Below are positions 1 through 11,463 of a DNA stretch of 64,000 bases, piece after piece. A model generated the notes under the pieces. That model worked only from the letters and a program-made list of their open reading frames with translations, had not been told where the DNA came from and ran no database searches. The position numbers and the translations under genes are program-made. Source of the stretch: Chiloscyllium plagiosum (lineage: Eukaryota); contig NC_057719.1 in assembly GCF_004010195.1 (NCBI RefSeq), positions 26,812,418 through 26,876,417 on the forward strand, read 5' to 3'. Within the stretch, counting starts at the first letter, position 1. Each line of letters starts with the position of its first letter.

Positions 1-410
1 ACTTGGCTTGTATACCCTTGAGTTTAGAAGGCTGAGAAGGGATCTGATTATTAAAGGATTGGACACTCTGGAGGCAGGAAACATGTTTCCGCTGATGGGT
101 GAGTGTCGAACCAGAGGACACAGCTTAAAAATACGGGGTAGATCATTTAGGACAGAGATGAGGAGAAACTTGTTCACCCAGAGAGTGGTGGCTGTGTGGG
201 ATGCTCTGCCCCAGAGGGCAGTGGAGGCCCAGTCTCTGGATTCATTTAAGAAAGAGTTGGATAGAGCTCTCAAAGATAGTGGAATCAAGGGTTATGGAGA
301 TAAGGGAGGAAGAGGATACTGATTAGGAATGATCAGCCATGATCATATTGAATGGCGGTGCAGGCTCAAAGGGCTGAATGGCCTACTCCTGCACCTATTG
401 TCTATTGTCT
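1..410 (+). mobile_element. CR1 LINE 3' end (young subfamily, (CTATTGT)n tail)
   Basis: ORF 8-322 is the CR1 ORF2 C-terminus (RRLRRDLI...RTRGHSLK...FTQRVVAVWDALP); 3'UTR ends CTATTGTCTATTGTCT. Confidence 0.9.
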
Positions 411-1275
411 AACCCTCAGCCTCTGATGCTCCAGGGAAAACAGCCCCAGACTATTCAGCCTCTTCCTATCACTCAAACCCTCCAACCCTGGTAACATCCT
501 TGTAAACCTTTTCTGAACCCTTTCAAGTTTCAAAACATTCCTTCAATATATTGGAGACCAGAACTGCACACAATATTCCAGAAGTGGCCCAACCAATGTC
601 CTGTACAGCCACAATATGATCTCTCAACTTCTATACTCAGTGCTCTGACCAATAAAGGAAAGCATACTCAATGCCTTCTTCACTATCCAATGTACCTGTT
701 CGCCACTTTTGAGGAAGTATGTACCTGCACTCCAAGGTCGTTTTGTTCAGCAACACTCCCTAGGTCCTTATCATTAAGTGTATAAGACCTGCTCTGATTT
801 GCCTTTCCAAAATACAGCACCTTGCATTTATCTAAATCAAATTCCATCTGTCACTCCTTGGCCCATTGGCCCATCTGATCAAGATCTCATTATTCTCTGA
901 GGTAACCTTCTTTGCTGTCCACTGCACCTCCAACCTTGGTGTCATCTGCAAACTTACTAACTATATCTCCTATGTTTTCATCCAATCATTTGTGTAAATG
1001 ACAAAAAGCAGTGGATCCAGCACCGACCCTTGTGGCATACCACTGGTCATAGGCCTCCAGTCTGAAAAGCAACCCTCCACCACTACCCTCTGTCTTCTAC
1101 CTATGAGCCAGTTCTGTATCTAAATGGCTAGTTCTTCCTGTATTCCATGTGATCTAACCTTGCTAATCAGTCTACCATGAGGAACCTCACTGAACGCCTT
1201 AATGAAGTCCACAAAGATCACGTCCACTGCCCTCATCAATCCTCTCCATTACTTATACAAAAAACTCAATCAAGT
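411..1275 (-). mobile_element. CR1 LINE RT fragment
   Basis: Reverse complement gives GMPQGSVL and KFADDTKVG motifs; homologous to 10530-11100 and 50660-51470. Confidence 0.85.
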
Positions 1276-1749
1276 TATTCGACAAGCATGGCCTCCACGT
1301 TCTAGTTGCTTGTGACTTTAATTCTCCACTTTCCTCCCATTTTGTCTTTTTTGCTTTGTCTTCATCATTGTTCAAATTAAGATCAATGTCATCGCAAGAA
1401 GCAATAGCTCATGTTTTGCCTGGGAACTTTGCTGCCTTCTGGACTCAGTTTGGAGTCAGCATTTTAAATCATAATTTTGGATCCCACTTCATATGATCTT
1501 TTTCCAACCCCTTGTTTCTGTTTTATTTCTTATGTTTTGATTTTGGATGACATTTATTCAAAATCTTCCATTCGTATTTCCTTCAAATATATATTTTGTT
1601 CCTTTTCTTGTCCCTTTACCACTTCCTTTAGGCTTGTATTTTTCTGCCCAGTATCCTATTACAGAGCTTCCCCTTTGAATTCTTTTGATTTTCTCTCTGC
1701 GCTCTCTTTCATTTGCTCAAAATCTATTGCATTTCTATTTTTTCCCAGT

Positions 1750-1850
1750 TCTGAGGAAAAGTTCATAGACCTGAAACACTAACTCTGTTTCTCTTTCCAC
1801 AGATACTGCCAGAACCATTGAGTGCTTCCAACATTTTGTGCTTTCATGTT
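1750..1850 (+). mobile_element. Short Penelope-terminus-derived repeat, degenerate hammerhead-like core
   Basis: CTGAGGA...CCTGAAAC followed by the 'ctctttccacagatactgcc' segment shared with 30312-30480 and 46121-46240. Confidence 0.55.
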
Positions 1851-1855
1851 GCCTC

Positions 1856-2420
1856 TGGATGTAAGTTTGTTTGCTGAGCTGGAAGGTTCATTTTCAGACA
1901 TCTTCAGTGACCCTTAAAATGAAGCACTAGTAGTGTAGTCCACTTTCTATTTATATGTTTGATTTTCCTTGGGTTGGTGAAGTCATTTCCTATGGTGATG
2001 TCATTTCCTGTTCTTTTTCTCAGGGGGTGGTATATGGGAACCAAGTCAATATGTTTGTTGATAGAGTTCCGATTGGAATGCCATGCTTCTAGGCTTGTCC
2101 TAGGATGGATGTGTAGTCCCAGTCGAAGTGGTGTTCTTCCTCATCCATATGTAAGGATACCAGTGAGAGTGGGTCATGTTGTTTTGTGGCTGATGTTCTT
2201 GTACGAATAGGTAGGGTGTTCAGGTAGGAAATGATGTCACCACAGGAAATGACATCACCAACCCAAGGAACTCAAACATATAACAGTGCTTCATTCTGAG
2301 GCTCACAGAAGATGTTACCTAGTATGGTGACGAAACATCTAAAAATGAACCTTCCAGCTCAGCAAGCAAACCTACATCCAAAAACTCAACCTGAGAGACA
2401 AATCTTCTCAAAACTCACTT
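1856..2420 (-). mobile_element. Penelope-like element remnant: GIY-YIG C-terminus with inverted pseudo-LTR
   Basis: Minus strand reads EEHHFDWDYTSILGQA and LEAWHSNRNSINKHIDL; 1856-2010 is inverted-repeated at 2227-2380. Confidence 0.75.
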
Positions 2421-3869
2421 TATGTTGGGTCTCCAGCATCCTCAGTATTTTGCTTTAGCATTATGAGTGATTACAAAATAAGTCTGACAGCACCAAATAT
2501 CTATCTTTTACCATTTGAGTAAAATTTGGCATCCTTGATGTCAGTCACTGCAAGAGTGAAGGACCAAAGCTTTAGTTTTAAAGCTTGTTTACTACTCCAT
2601 TCTGTATTCAAAATATTGAATATTTGACTCATTAGTTGTGAGGTATTAGATTTTATGAAAAGAATTGTTAAATGATTTTGAGCTTCAGTTGTAAGAAGGT
2701 GAAAAATTACAAACATAGATGCACTCTGCTAAATGATTTTTCTCATGTATGTAGTATAAAAGTCCAAACTAAACCACTAAGTGATATTTCACGTGATAAT
2801 TCACTATGCGCATGAGTGATCAATAATGTGATCTCAAAATGACATATATAACTACTTTGCTTCTGGTGCTATGGCAATTATCAAGTCGGTTAAAAAATAC
2901 TCCCATCAACTAAAAGGAAGGATATCAGTAGAGGACCTGTGTCCAAGATGAGGAGTATCACTGAAGTAACCAGGCTTTCACTGGGGGCCATTTTAACTTT
3001 GTGTGGTAATGTAAAATTAGCGAATTGGCAAATCTTTTACAACTGTCCCAATTGTAATTCTATGGGATAAGCATTGGACTATCAGGATTACTCTGCCCTT
3101 AATTATTTTCGAAGATTTCAAGTCTGAAGGGCATAATCTTTGGACTGAGTTTGCAGTGGAACCGAGGGAATCACTTTACTGGACCTTTTTAACAATCAGA
3201 AATTAGCTCACATAAAAATCCAGTGCAGTTTCCAAAAAACAAGGTCGCAACAAAAAAACGAATTTGTCATGCACATCAGATGAATCAAATAGAGAATTAA
3301 CATTTACTAAATCAGTTTTAGTGTGAATAAATGCTAAAACTAATAGTGGTTCTCATCATTCTGAATCATTTTGCTGTCAAGGAAAGAATACTAGTGAGTA
3401 CTCCCATCCTTGTCAACATAAAACAAATATGGCACACAGAGAGAAACCATCCAGCCCATCAAAAAAAAGAGTTAGTGTTCTAATCCCACCTTTCAACTTT
3501 TGGTCTGTAACCCGGCAGGTTGTGACATGCAAGTGCATATTTAAGATTTTTTTTTAAAATGTGCTGAAGATTTCTATCTCTGTCATCCTTTCAGCCAATG
3601 AGTTCTAGATCCCTACCACCCAATGGAAGAAAAACTCCCCTCTAATTTCATTACCATTTGTTTTAAACTTATTTCCAACCCCTGCCCCCCCGCCTTAACT
3701 GATTTCTCTATAAACGGAAAATGGGTCCTTCCAACTGCTCTATTAAGGCCTAAATTAAATCTTCTCCAGACTCTCTATTTCAAAGGAAACAACCTTAACA
3801 TTTCCTTAAGATTCTCAATACCTCATAACACTCAGGTGGCTAACTCTCCACTAGTTTAGGTTGTACTGG

Positions 3870-4140
3870 CACTTGGGAAGATAGTTATTGTTGTTGGAGC
3901 TCCATAACCTCTCTGCAGGAGTTCCTCAGGGTAGTATCCTAGATCCAACCATGTCCAGCTGCTTCATTAATGACCTTCCGTCCACTGATGGATGCATAGT
4001 ATTCACTTTGACAACTACTCAGAAGTTGAAACAGTCCATGTTCACATCTAACAAGATCTGGACAATATCCTGGCTTGGACTGACAAGTGGTAAGTAACAT
4101 TTGAGCCACACAAATGCCAGGCAATAACCATCTCCAGTAA
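3870..4140 (+). mobile_element. CR1/L2-clade LINE RT fragment (continues at 5846-6130)
   Basis: GVPQGSILDPTMSSCFINDLPS; collinear with the copy at 7000-7375. Confidence 0.8.
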
Positions 4141-4189
4141 GAGTATAATAAGAGTAATAATAAGAGTAAAGAAATATAAAAATATAACA

Positions 4190-4765
4190 TAGCAAAGATA
4201 AGTGGGAAAACTAAGGACTGGGAAGCTTTTAAAGAGCCACAGAGGATTACTAACAAGGAAATACGCAGAGGAAAAATGAGGTACGGAGGTAAACTGGCCA
4301 ATAATATAAAGGAGGATAGTAAAAGCTTTTTTAGGTATGAGCAAGGCACAAAAATGGTTAGGACTAAAATTGGGCCCTTGAAGACAGAAACAGGGGAATA
4401 TATTATGGGGAACAAAGAAATGGCAGAGGAATTAAATGGGTACTTCAGATCTGTGTTCACTGGGGAAGACACAAGCAATCTCCCTGAGGTAACAGTGGCT
4501 GAAGGACCTGAACTTAAGGGAATTTATATTTGCCAGGAATTGGTGTTGGAGAAACTGTTGGGTCTGAAGGTTGATAAGTCTCCAGGGCCTGATGGTCTAC
4601 ATCCAGGGTACTGAAGGAGGTGGCTCGGGAAATCGTGGATGCGTTGGTGATTACTTTCCAGAGTTCGATAGATTCAGGGTCGGTTCTTGAGGATTGGAGG
4701 GTGGCTAATGTTATACCACTTTTTAAGAAAGGTGGGAGAGAGAAAGCAGGAAATTATAGACCAGT
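4190..4765 (+). mobile_element. CR1 ORF2 linker/RT-start fragment
   Basis: ORF 4276-4614 (LANNIKEDSKSFFRY...ELNGYFRSVFT...KSPGPDGLHP), then DWRVANVIPLFKKG...GNYRP. Confidence 0.88.
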
Positions 4766-4767
4766 TC

Positions 4768-4905
4768 CCATGGTGTCCAAGGATAGATAGATTAACCATG
4801 GGAAATGCGGGGTTTCAAGGATTGGGTGGGAAGCTCTTCAGAGGGGCAGTGTGGATGTAATGGGCCGAATGGTCTGCTTCCACACTGTAGGGATTCTATG
4901 ATTCT
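4768..4905 (+). mobile_element. HE1-like SINE 3' part
   Basis: GGGCCGAATGG...TTCCACACTGTAGGGATTCTATGATTCT tail, shared with other SINE copies and CR1 tails. Confidence 0.7.
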
Positions 4906-5239
4906 AATATGAAAGGCTGAAGCATCCTCTCATCATCTTCCTCCTGAATAGAGTCCAACCTTACAAGAACCAGCTAGTGCCTGGTATTTCAGCTCAATGG
5001 CATTAAGTTGAGCTGTGGTAGGCAGCATCTGATGGCTATTTATCTATGGGTGCACTGTGATCAAGCTTTATTATATCTTAATGTTAACATCCTCACATGC
5101 AATTCTGGTGGTGCTTCCTGGAAGCTGAGCAAGAATGGGAATGTCAGCACAATTCTAAGAAGCACTCAGATACCGAGGGGAGCAAGGGCACGTATCTCTG
5201 TGATGGTGACGAGAGGAATTCAGTAGGCTTTTCAAATAT

Positions 5240-5845
5240 AAGCGTTCAGGATCCGTTGAGTTTACAAAATAGGCATCATCCATAAAGCCAAAGAAATTGT
5301 GCTAAAACTTTGCCTATCACTGCCCATCATGAGTTGGAGTACTGTGCCCACATTCTAGGGAAGACGTCAAAGCCTTGGAAAGAGATTTATTAAAGTGGAG
5401 GAAGTGATGACGGGCTTACAGTTCCACGGAGGGACTGAAAAAACTAGAGCTTTTCTCCTCAGACGGAGAAGGTTAAGGGGAGACTTCACGGAGTTGTTCC
5501 GAGGGTTTTGACAAGGAAACAGGAAGAGACAGTTCCCACTGGCAGGTGGGCCAGGATTCAAAGGACAGAGGACAGGATTTTAGGACAGAGATGAGGAGAA
5601 ACTTCTTCACCCAGAGAGTGGTGGCTGTGTGGAATGCTCTGCCCCAGAGGGCAGTGGAGGCCCAGTCTCTGGATTCTTTTAAGAAAGAATTGGATAGAGC
5701 TCTCAAAGATAGTGGAATCAAGGGTTATGGAGATAAGGGAGGAAGAGGATACTGATTAGGAATGATCAGCCATGATCATATTGAATGGCGGTGCAGGCTC
5801 GAAGGGCTGAATGGCCTACTCCTGCACCTATTGTCTATTGTCTAT
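5240..5845 (+). mobile_element. CR1 3' region: older fragment fused to a young 3' end
   Basis: 5578-5845 is near-identical to 145-410; 5240-5575 is a more diverged CR1 RT C-terminus. Confidence 0.85.
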
Positions 5846-6659
5846 GAGATAATCTAGCTATTTCCCCCTTTTTTAATGGTGTTACCATCACTGAATACCC
5901 CACTATCAATATCCTTGGGCATTCCATTGGCTAGAAACTTGACTGGACTCAGCACATTAACACAATGGCTACAAGAACAGGTGAGAGACTTGGAATACTG
6001 TGACAAGTAACTCACCACCTGACTCCCCAAAATCTATCCACCATCTACAAGGCACAAGTCAGAAATATGATTAGATTATTTACCGTGTGGAAACAGGCCC
6101 TTCGGCCCAACAAGTCCGCAAGAGCAACCCTGGAGTATTCAAGTAACAATTACCTGACCTCAACCTCAGCAACAGCCATATGTGCGAAACATCTGCACTT
6201 CAGTAATGACAGCTCCACTGACATTTACCATCTATTGCAGGCACAACTGCAAGTCCAGAGCAGGCCAAGGACTGTTGCAGGCTAGCGGCTGTGAGGGCAA
6301 TCATGGCCATGAAAGTTTATCTGTAGTACCTTCCGGACTGGAGATGGGGATGCTTGCAACATCTTGCAGTTTACAGTACACCACTGTGTAAGGTCATTTA
6401 CTGAGGCAGGACTCCAAGACAGCTTTCCAGATTTCAGTCTCCTTTGCCAGAGATTAACAGCAGGAGAGATCAGAAGACTTTGAGAGGGGGGGAAAGCTTC
6501 CAATTGCTGTAGGGAATTCTTCATGATGCACACACATCACATTGAGTGCTTCACATGTCAACAACCAAACTAAAAGGGGTTTCCCTCCTTTCATTCCCTC
6601 CCCCGGTAGGTGATCGCAGACAGTGAGTTATACAGATCAGTGCTGAGTTTTTTGAGATG

Positions 6660-7375
6660 AGAGTGACTGCCTTTGACATCAAAGCTGCATTTGACCAAGT
6701 GTCAACCAACGCGAGTCAATAGGAATGATGGGATGGGAATCTCCCTGCTGCTTGCAGCCAAACCCGGCACAAAGGAAGATAGTTGCAGTTGTTGGACATC
6801 AGTCATCTCAGGTCCTAGGTGCCCTCCCACAGTCACAAAGATGTGCGGGTCAGGTGAATTGGCCATGCTAAATTGCCCGTAGTGTTAGGTTAAAGGGGTA
6901 AATGTAGGGGTATGGGTGGGTTGCGCTTCGGCGGGTCGGTGTGGACTTGTTGGGCCGAAGGGCCTGTTTCCACACTGTAAGTAATCTAATCTAGGTGTCT
7001 CTGCAGGAGTTCCTGAAGGTAGTGTCCTCGACACAACCATCTTCTGCTGCTTCATCAATGAAGTTCCTTCCATCGAGTCAGAAGTGGGGATGTTTGCTGA
7101 TCATTGCACACTGTTCAGCATCATTCATGACTCCCGAGATCCTGAAGCAGCCCATACCCAAATGCCGCAAAGCCTTGATAATATCCAGGTTAATGCTGAG
7201 ATGTAGAAAGTTACATTTATGCCATACAAGTGCCCAGCAATGATCCAATGCTCTCTCCAACAAGAAAAAGTCTATCCATCTCCCCTTAACATTCAATGAC
7301 ATTGCCATCACTGAATCTTCTACTATCATCATCCTGGGGATTGTTATTGTCCAGAAGCTGAACTAGGCTAGTTAC
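6660..7375 (+). mobile_element. CR1/L2-clade LINE RT fragment
   Basis: DIKAAFDQV, AGVPEGSVL and MFADH motifs; interrupted by the SINE at 6822-6991. Confidence 0.8.
6822..6991 (+). mobile_element. 5'-truncated HE1 SINE
   Basis: SINE body plus (TAATC)n tail, flanked by CTAGGTG on both sides (TSD). Confidence 0.85.
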
Positions 7376-7529
7376 TTAGCACAGAATTCTTCACCTCTGA
7401 CCTGCTTTTGAAGTCACAGTATTTATTTGGCTGATCCAATTGTGTTTGTGATGAGTGGTAACTCCACCTAGGATATTAATGGTGGGGGATTCAGCAACAG
7501 TGAATATCAATGGGTGCTGATTAGATTCT

Positions 7530-7665
7530 GAGGAGAAAGTGAGGTCTGCAGATGCTGGAGATCAGAGCTGGAAATGTGTTGCTGGAAAAGCGCAGCAGGT
7601 CAGGCAGCATCCAGGGAACAGGAGAATCGACGTTTCGGGCATAAGCCCTTCTTCAGGAATCAGAA
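7530..7665 (-). mobile_element. Penelope-derived short element with hammerhead-like core
   Basis: Minus strand CTGAAGA-A-GGGC-TTAT-GCCC-GAAACGTC (7629-7656); GATTAGATTCT on both flanks. Confidence 0.75.
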
Positions 7666-8269
7666 GATTAGATTAGATTAGATTCTCCCTTGTAGGATAG
7701 CTACTGCCTGGCACTTGTTTGGCACAAATATTACTTGATACTGTCAGTCCAAACCTACTTTGTTGCTTGGGTCTTGCAGCAAATATATCCTCCACCAAAC
7801 TATAGAGTGCTGTTTCTGCAAACTTTGGAGCCTGACTCTCTCTCTCTTATTTTTTGACGCACATTCTCAGGTCAGGCTCTCTTCAATTATGACTCCTTTA
7901 TTCTGTTCCAGTCAAATGTACCTCTGCCTTGAATAAGAGACTGGCTTTAAATAGTGCAGCACACTCATAGTATTAGTCCTTGCCGAAATAACAAATAATG
8001 AACAATACAGTTGGAACTGGCTGGATGCAGACATCATTCAAATATGCAGCCAGTGGAAGGTTATCCATTCACCTGTTTTCAGGGACTACCCAATTTATCC
8101 CCCATCAGTTTTCGAAATTCATAGATCTTATCGACTATTTTGATTTCCATGTTGCTAGCCCTATTGCAAGGAGGATGTTCACAGCAAAGGGAAGTAACAG
8201 AAGTACAGAAATATTATGTTGAACAGACTCAATAAATGACATAATGGAAAATCTTGATCCTAATTTCTA

Positions 8270-11200
8270 AAGCTGGTCAGGGATGATATCACGGCTGTGC
8301 TAAAGGAGGACACTATGGAGGGCTTGAGTAGTGAGGCATTATGGGTGGAGCTGAGAAATAAGGAGGGTGCAGTTACATTGTTGGGGCTGTATTACAGGCT
8401 TCCCAACAGTGAGTGTGAGGTAGAAAAACAAATAGGTAAATAGATTATGGAAAGATGTAGAGGCAATAGGGCAGTGGTGATGGGAGGTCTTTAATTTTAC
8501 CAACATTGACTTGGATACACTTAGTGTCAGATGTCTGGATGGGGTAGAATTTGTAAGAAGCGTCCAGGAGAGTTTTCTAGAGCAGTATATCAATAGTCTG
8601 ATGAGGGAAGGGGCCATATTGGACCTGCAATTGGGGAATGAGCCAGGCCAGGTGGTAGAAGTTGCGGTGGGGGATTTCTTTGGGAACATTGACCACAATT
8701 CTGTACGCTTTAGAATACTCATAGACAAAGATGAAAGTGGTCCTAAGGGAAGAGTACTAAATTGGGCTAAGGCCAATTATATCAAAATTAGGCAAGAGCT
8801 GGGAAATGTGGATTGGACACAGCTATTTGAAGGGAATTCCACATCTGATATGTGGGAGGCTTTCAAAGATAGGTTAAAGATAGTGCAGGATAGGCATGTC
8901 CCGTTGAAAGCAAAGGATAGGAAAGGCAAGATTTGTGAACCGTGGATGACAGGAGAAATCATAAGACTTGCCAAGAGGAAAAGGGAAGCGTACATAAGGT
9001 TCAGGCAGCTAAGAACAGAATGGGCCCTGGAGGAATATCGGGAGAGTAGGACCAATCTTAAATGAGGAATCAAGCAGGCTAAGAGGGGTCATGAAATAGC
9101 TTTAGCGAGCAGATTTAAAGAGAATCCCAAAGCCTTTTATTCTTATATAAGAAGCAAGCGAGTAACGAGAGAAAGGATTGGTCCACTAAAGGATAAGGAA
9201 GGAAGGCTGTGTGTTGAACCTGAGAGAATGGGTGAGATTCTGAATGATTACTTTGCATCAGTGTTCACTGAGAAGAGGCACATGATGAATGCTGAGATTA
9301 GAGATAGAAGTTTGATTAGTCTGGATTACATTGACATAAGTAGGGAAGATGTATTAGGTAGGCTAGAGGTTATTAAGATGGACAAATCCCCAGGACTGGA
9401 TGGGATCTATCCCAGGTAGCTGAGGGAGGTGAGAGTGGAAATAGCTGGAACCCTGACAGATGACTTTGTAGTATCCGTAAACACAGGTGAGGTGCCAGAA
9501 GACTGGAGGTTGGCTAACATGGTGCTACTGTTTAAGAAGGGTGGTAAGGACAAGCCAGGGAACTATAGACCGGTGAGCCTGACGTAGGTAGTGGGCAAGT
9601 TGTTGGAGGGAATCCTGAGGAACAGGATGTACATGTATTTGGAAAGGCAAGGACTGATTTGGGATAGTCAACATGGCTTTGTGCGTGGGAAATCATGTCT
9701 CACACATTTGATTGAGTTTTTTGAAGANNNNNNNNNNNNNNNNNNNNNNNNNNNNNNNNNNNNNNNNNNNNNNNNNNNNNNNNNNNNNNNNNNNNNNNNN
9801 NNNNNNNNNNNNNNNNNNNNNNNNNNNNNNNNNNNNNNNNNNNNNNNNNNNNNNNNNNNNNNNNNNNNNNNNNNNNNNNNNNNNNNNNNNNNNNNNNNNN
9901 NNNNNNNNNNNNNNNNNNNNNNNNNNNNNNNNNNNNNNNNNNNNNNNNNNNNNNNNNNNNNNNNNNNNNNNNNNNNNNNNNNNNNNNNNNNNNNNNNNNN
10001 NNNNNNNNNNNNNNNNNNNNNNNNNNNNNNNNNNNNNNNNNNNNNNNNNNNNNNNNNNNNNNNNNNNNNNNNNNNNNNNNNNNNNNNNNNNNNNNNNNNN
10101 NNNNNNNNNNNNNNNNNNNNNNNNNNNNNNNNNNNNNNNNNNNNNNNNNNNNNNNNNNNNNNNNNNNNNNNNNNNNNNNNNNNNNNNNNNNNNNNNNNNN
10201 NNNNNNNNNNNNNNNNNNNNNNNNNNNNNNNNNNNNNNNNNNNNNNNNNNNNNNNNNNNNNNNNNNNNNNNNNNNNNNNNNNNNNNNNNNNNNNNNNNNN
10301 NNNNNNNNNNNNNNNNNNNNNNNNNNNNNNNNNNNNNNNNNNNNNNNNNNNNNNNNNNNNNNNNNNNNNNNNNNNNNNNNNNNNNNNNNNNNNNNNNNNN
10401 NNNNNNNNNNNNNNNNNNNNNNNNNNNNNNNNNNNNNNNNNNNNNNNNNNNNNNNNNNNNNNNNNNNNNNNNNNNNNNNNNNNNNNNNNNNNNNNNNNNN
10501 NNNNNNNNNNNNNNNNNNNNNNNNNNNNGTTTGTAAGTTTACAGATGACACCAAAATTAGAGGTGTAGTGGACAGCGAAGAGGGTTACCTCAGATTACAA
10601 CAGGATCTTGACCAGATGGGCCAGTGGGCTGAGAAGTAGCAGATGGAGTTTAATTCAGATAAATGCGAGGTGCTGCATTTTGGGAAAGCAAATCTTAGCA
10701 GGACTTACACACTTAATGGTAAGATCCTAGGGAGTGTTGCTGAACAAAGAGACCTTGGAATGCAGGTTCATAGCTCCTTGAAACTGGAATCATAGGTAGA
10801 TAGGATAGTGAAGGAGGTGTTTGGTATGCTTTCTTTTATTGGTCAGAGTATTGAGTACAGGAGTTGGGAGGTCATGTTGCTGCTGTACAGGGCATTGGTT
10901 AGGCCACTTATGGAATATTGCGTGCAACTCTGGTCTTCTTCCTATCAGAAAGATGTTGTGAAACTTGAAAGGGTTCAGAAAAGATTTACAAGGATGTTGC
11001 CAGGGTTGGAGGATTTCAGCTATAGGGAGAGGCTGAACAGGCTGGGGCTGTTTTCTCTGGAGGCTGAGGGGTGATCTTATATAGGTTTACAAAATCATGA
11101 GGGGCATGGATAGGATAAATAGACAAAGTCTTTTCCCTGGGGTTGGGGAGTCCAGATCTAGAGGGGATAGCTTTAGGGTGAGAGGGAAAAGATATAAAAG

Positions 11201-11463
11201 AGATCTAAGGGGTAATGTTTTCACACAGAGGGTGTTTTCACACCATATGTGTATGGTTAGGCTGCCAGAGTAAGTGGTGGAGATTGGTACAATTGCAACA
11301 TTTAAAAGGCATTTGGATGGATATATGAATAGGAATGATTTGGAGGGATATGGACCGTGTGCTGGCTGGTGGGACTAGATTGGGTTAGGATATCTAATCG
11401 GCATGGATGGGTTAGACCAAAGGGTCTGTTTCCATGCTGTACATCTCTATGACGCTATGACTA
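8270..11463 (+). mobile_element. 5'-truncated CR1 LINE ORF2 (APE endonuclease end + RT), disabled, spanning an N-gap
   Basis: LWVELRNK, YRLPNS, ILDLQLGN, DHNSV, KSPGLDGIYP, SQHGFVRGKSCLTHLIEFFE, KFTDDTKI; (CTATGA)n tail; internal stops and frameshifts. Confidence 0.92.

Noticed and set aside
4138..4190. Short repeat array (CRISPR-like?)
   Set aside because: Low-complexity TAAGAG/AAT junction filler with no spacers, in a eukaryotic context.
9591..10568. Longest ORFs in the track (274-325 aa), and those at 55635-56060
   Set aside because: Artefacts of N-gaps inside CR1 elements.
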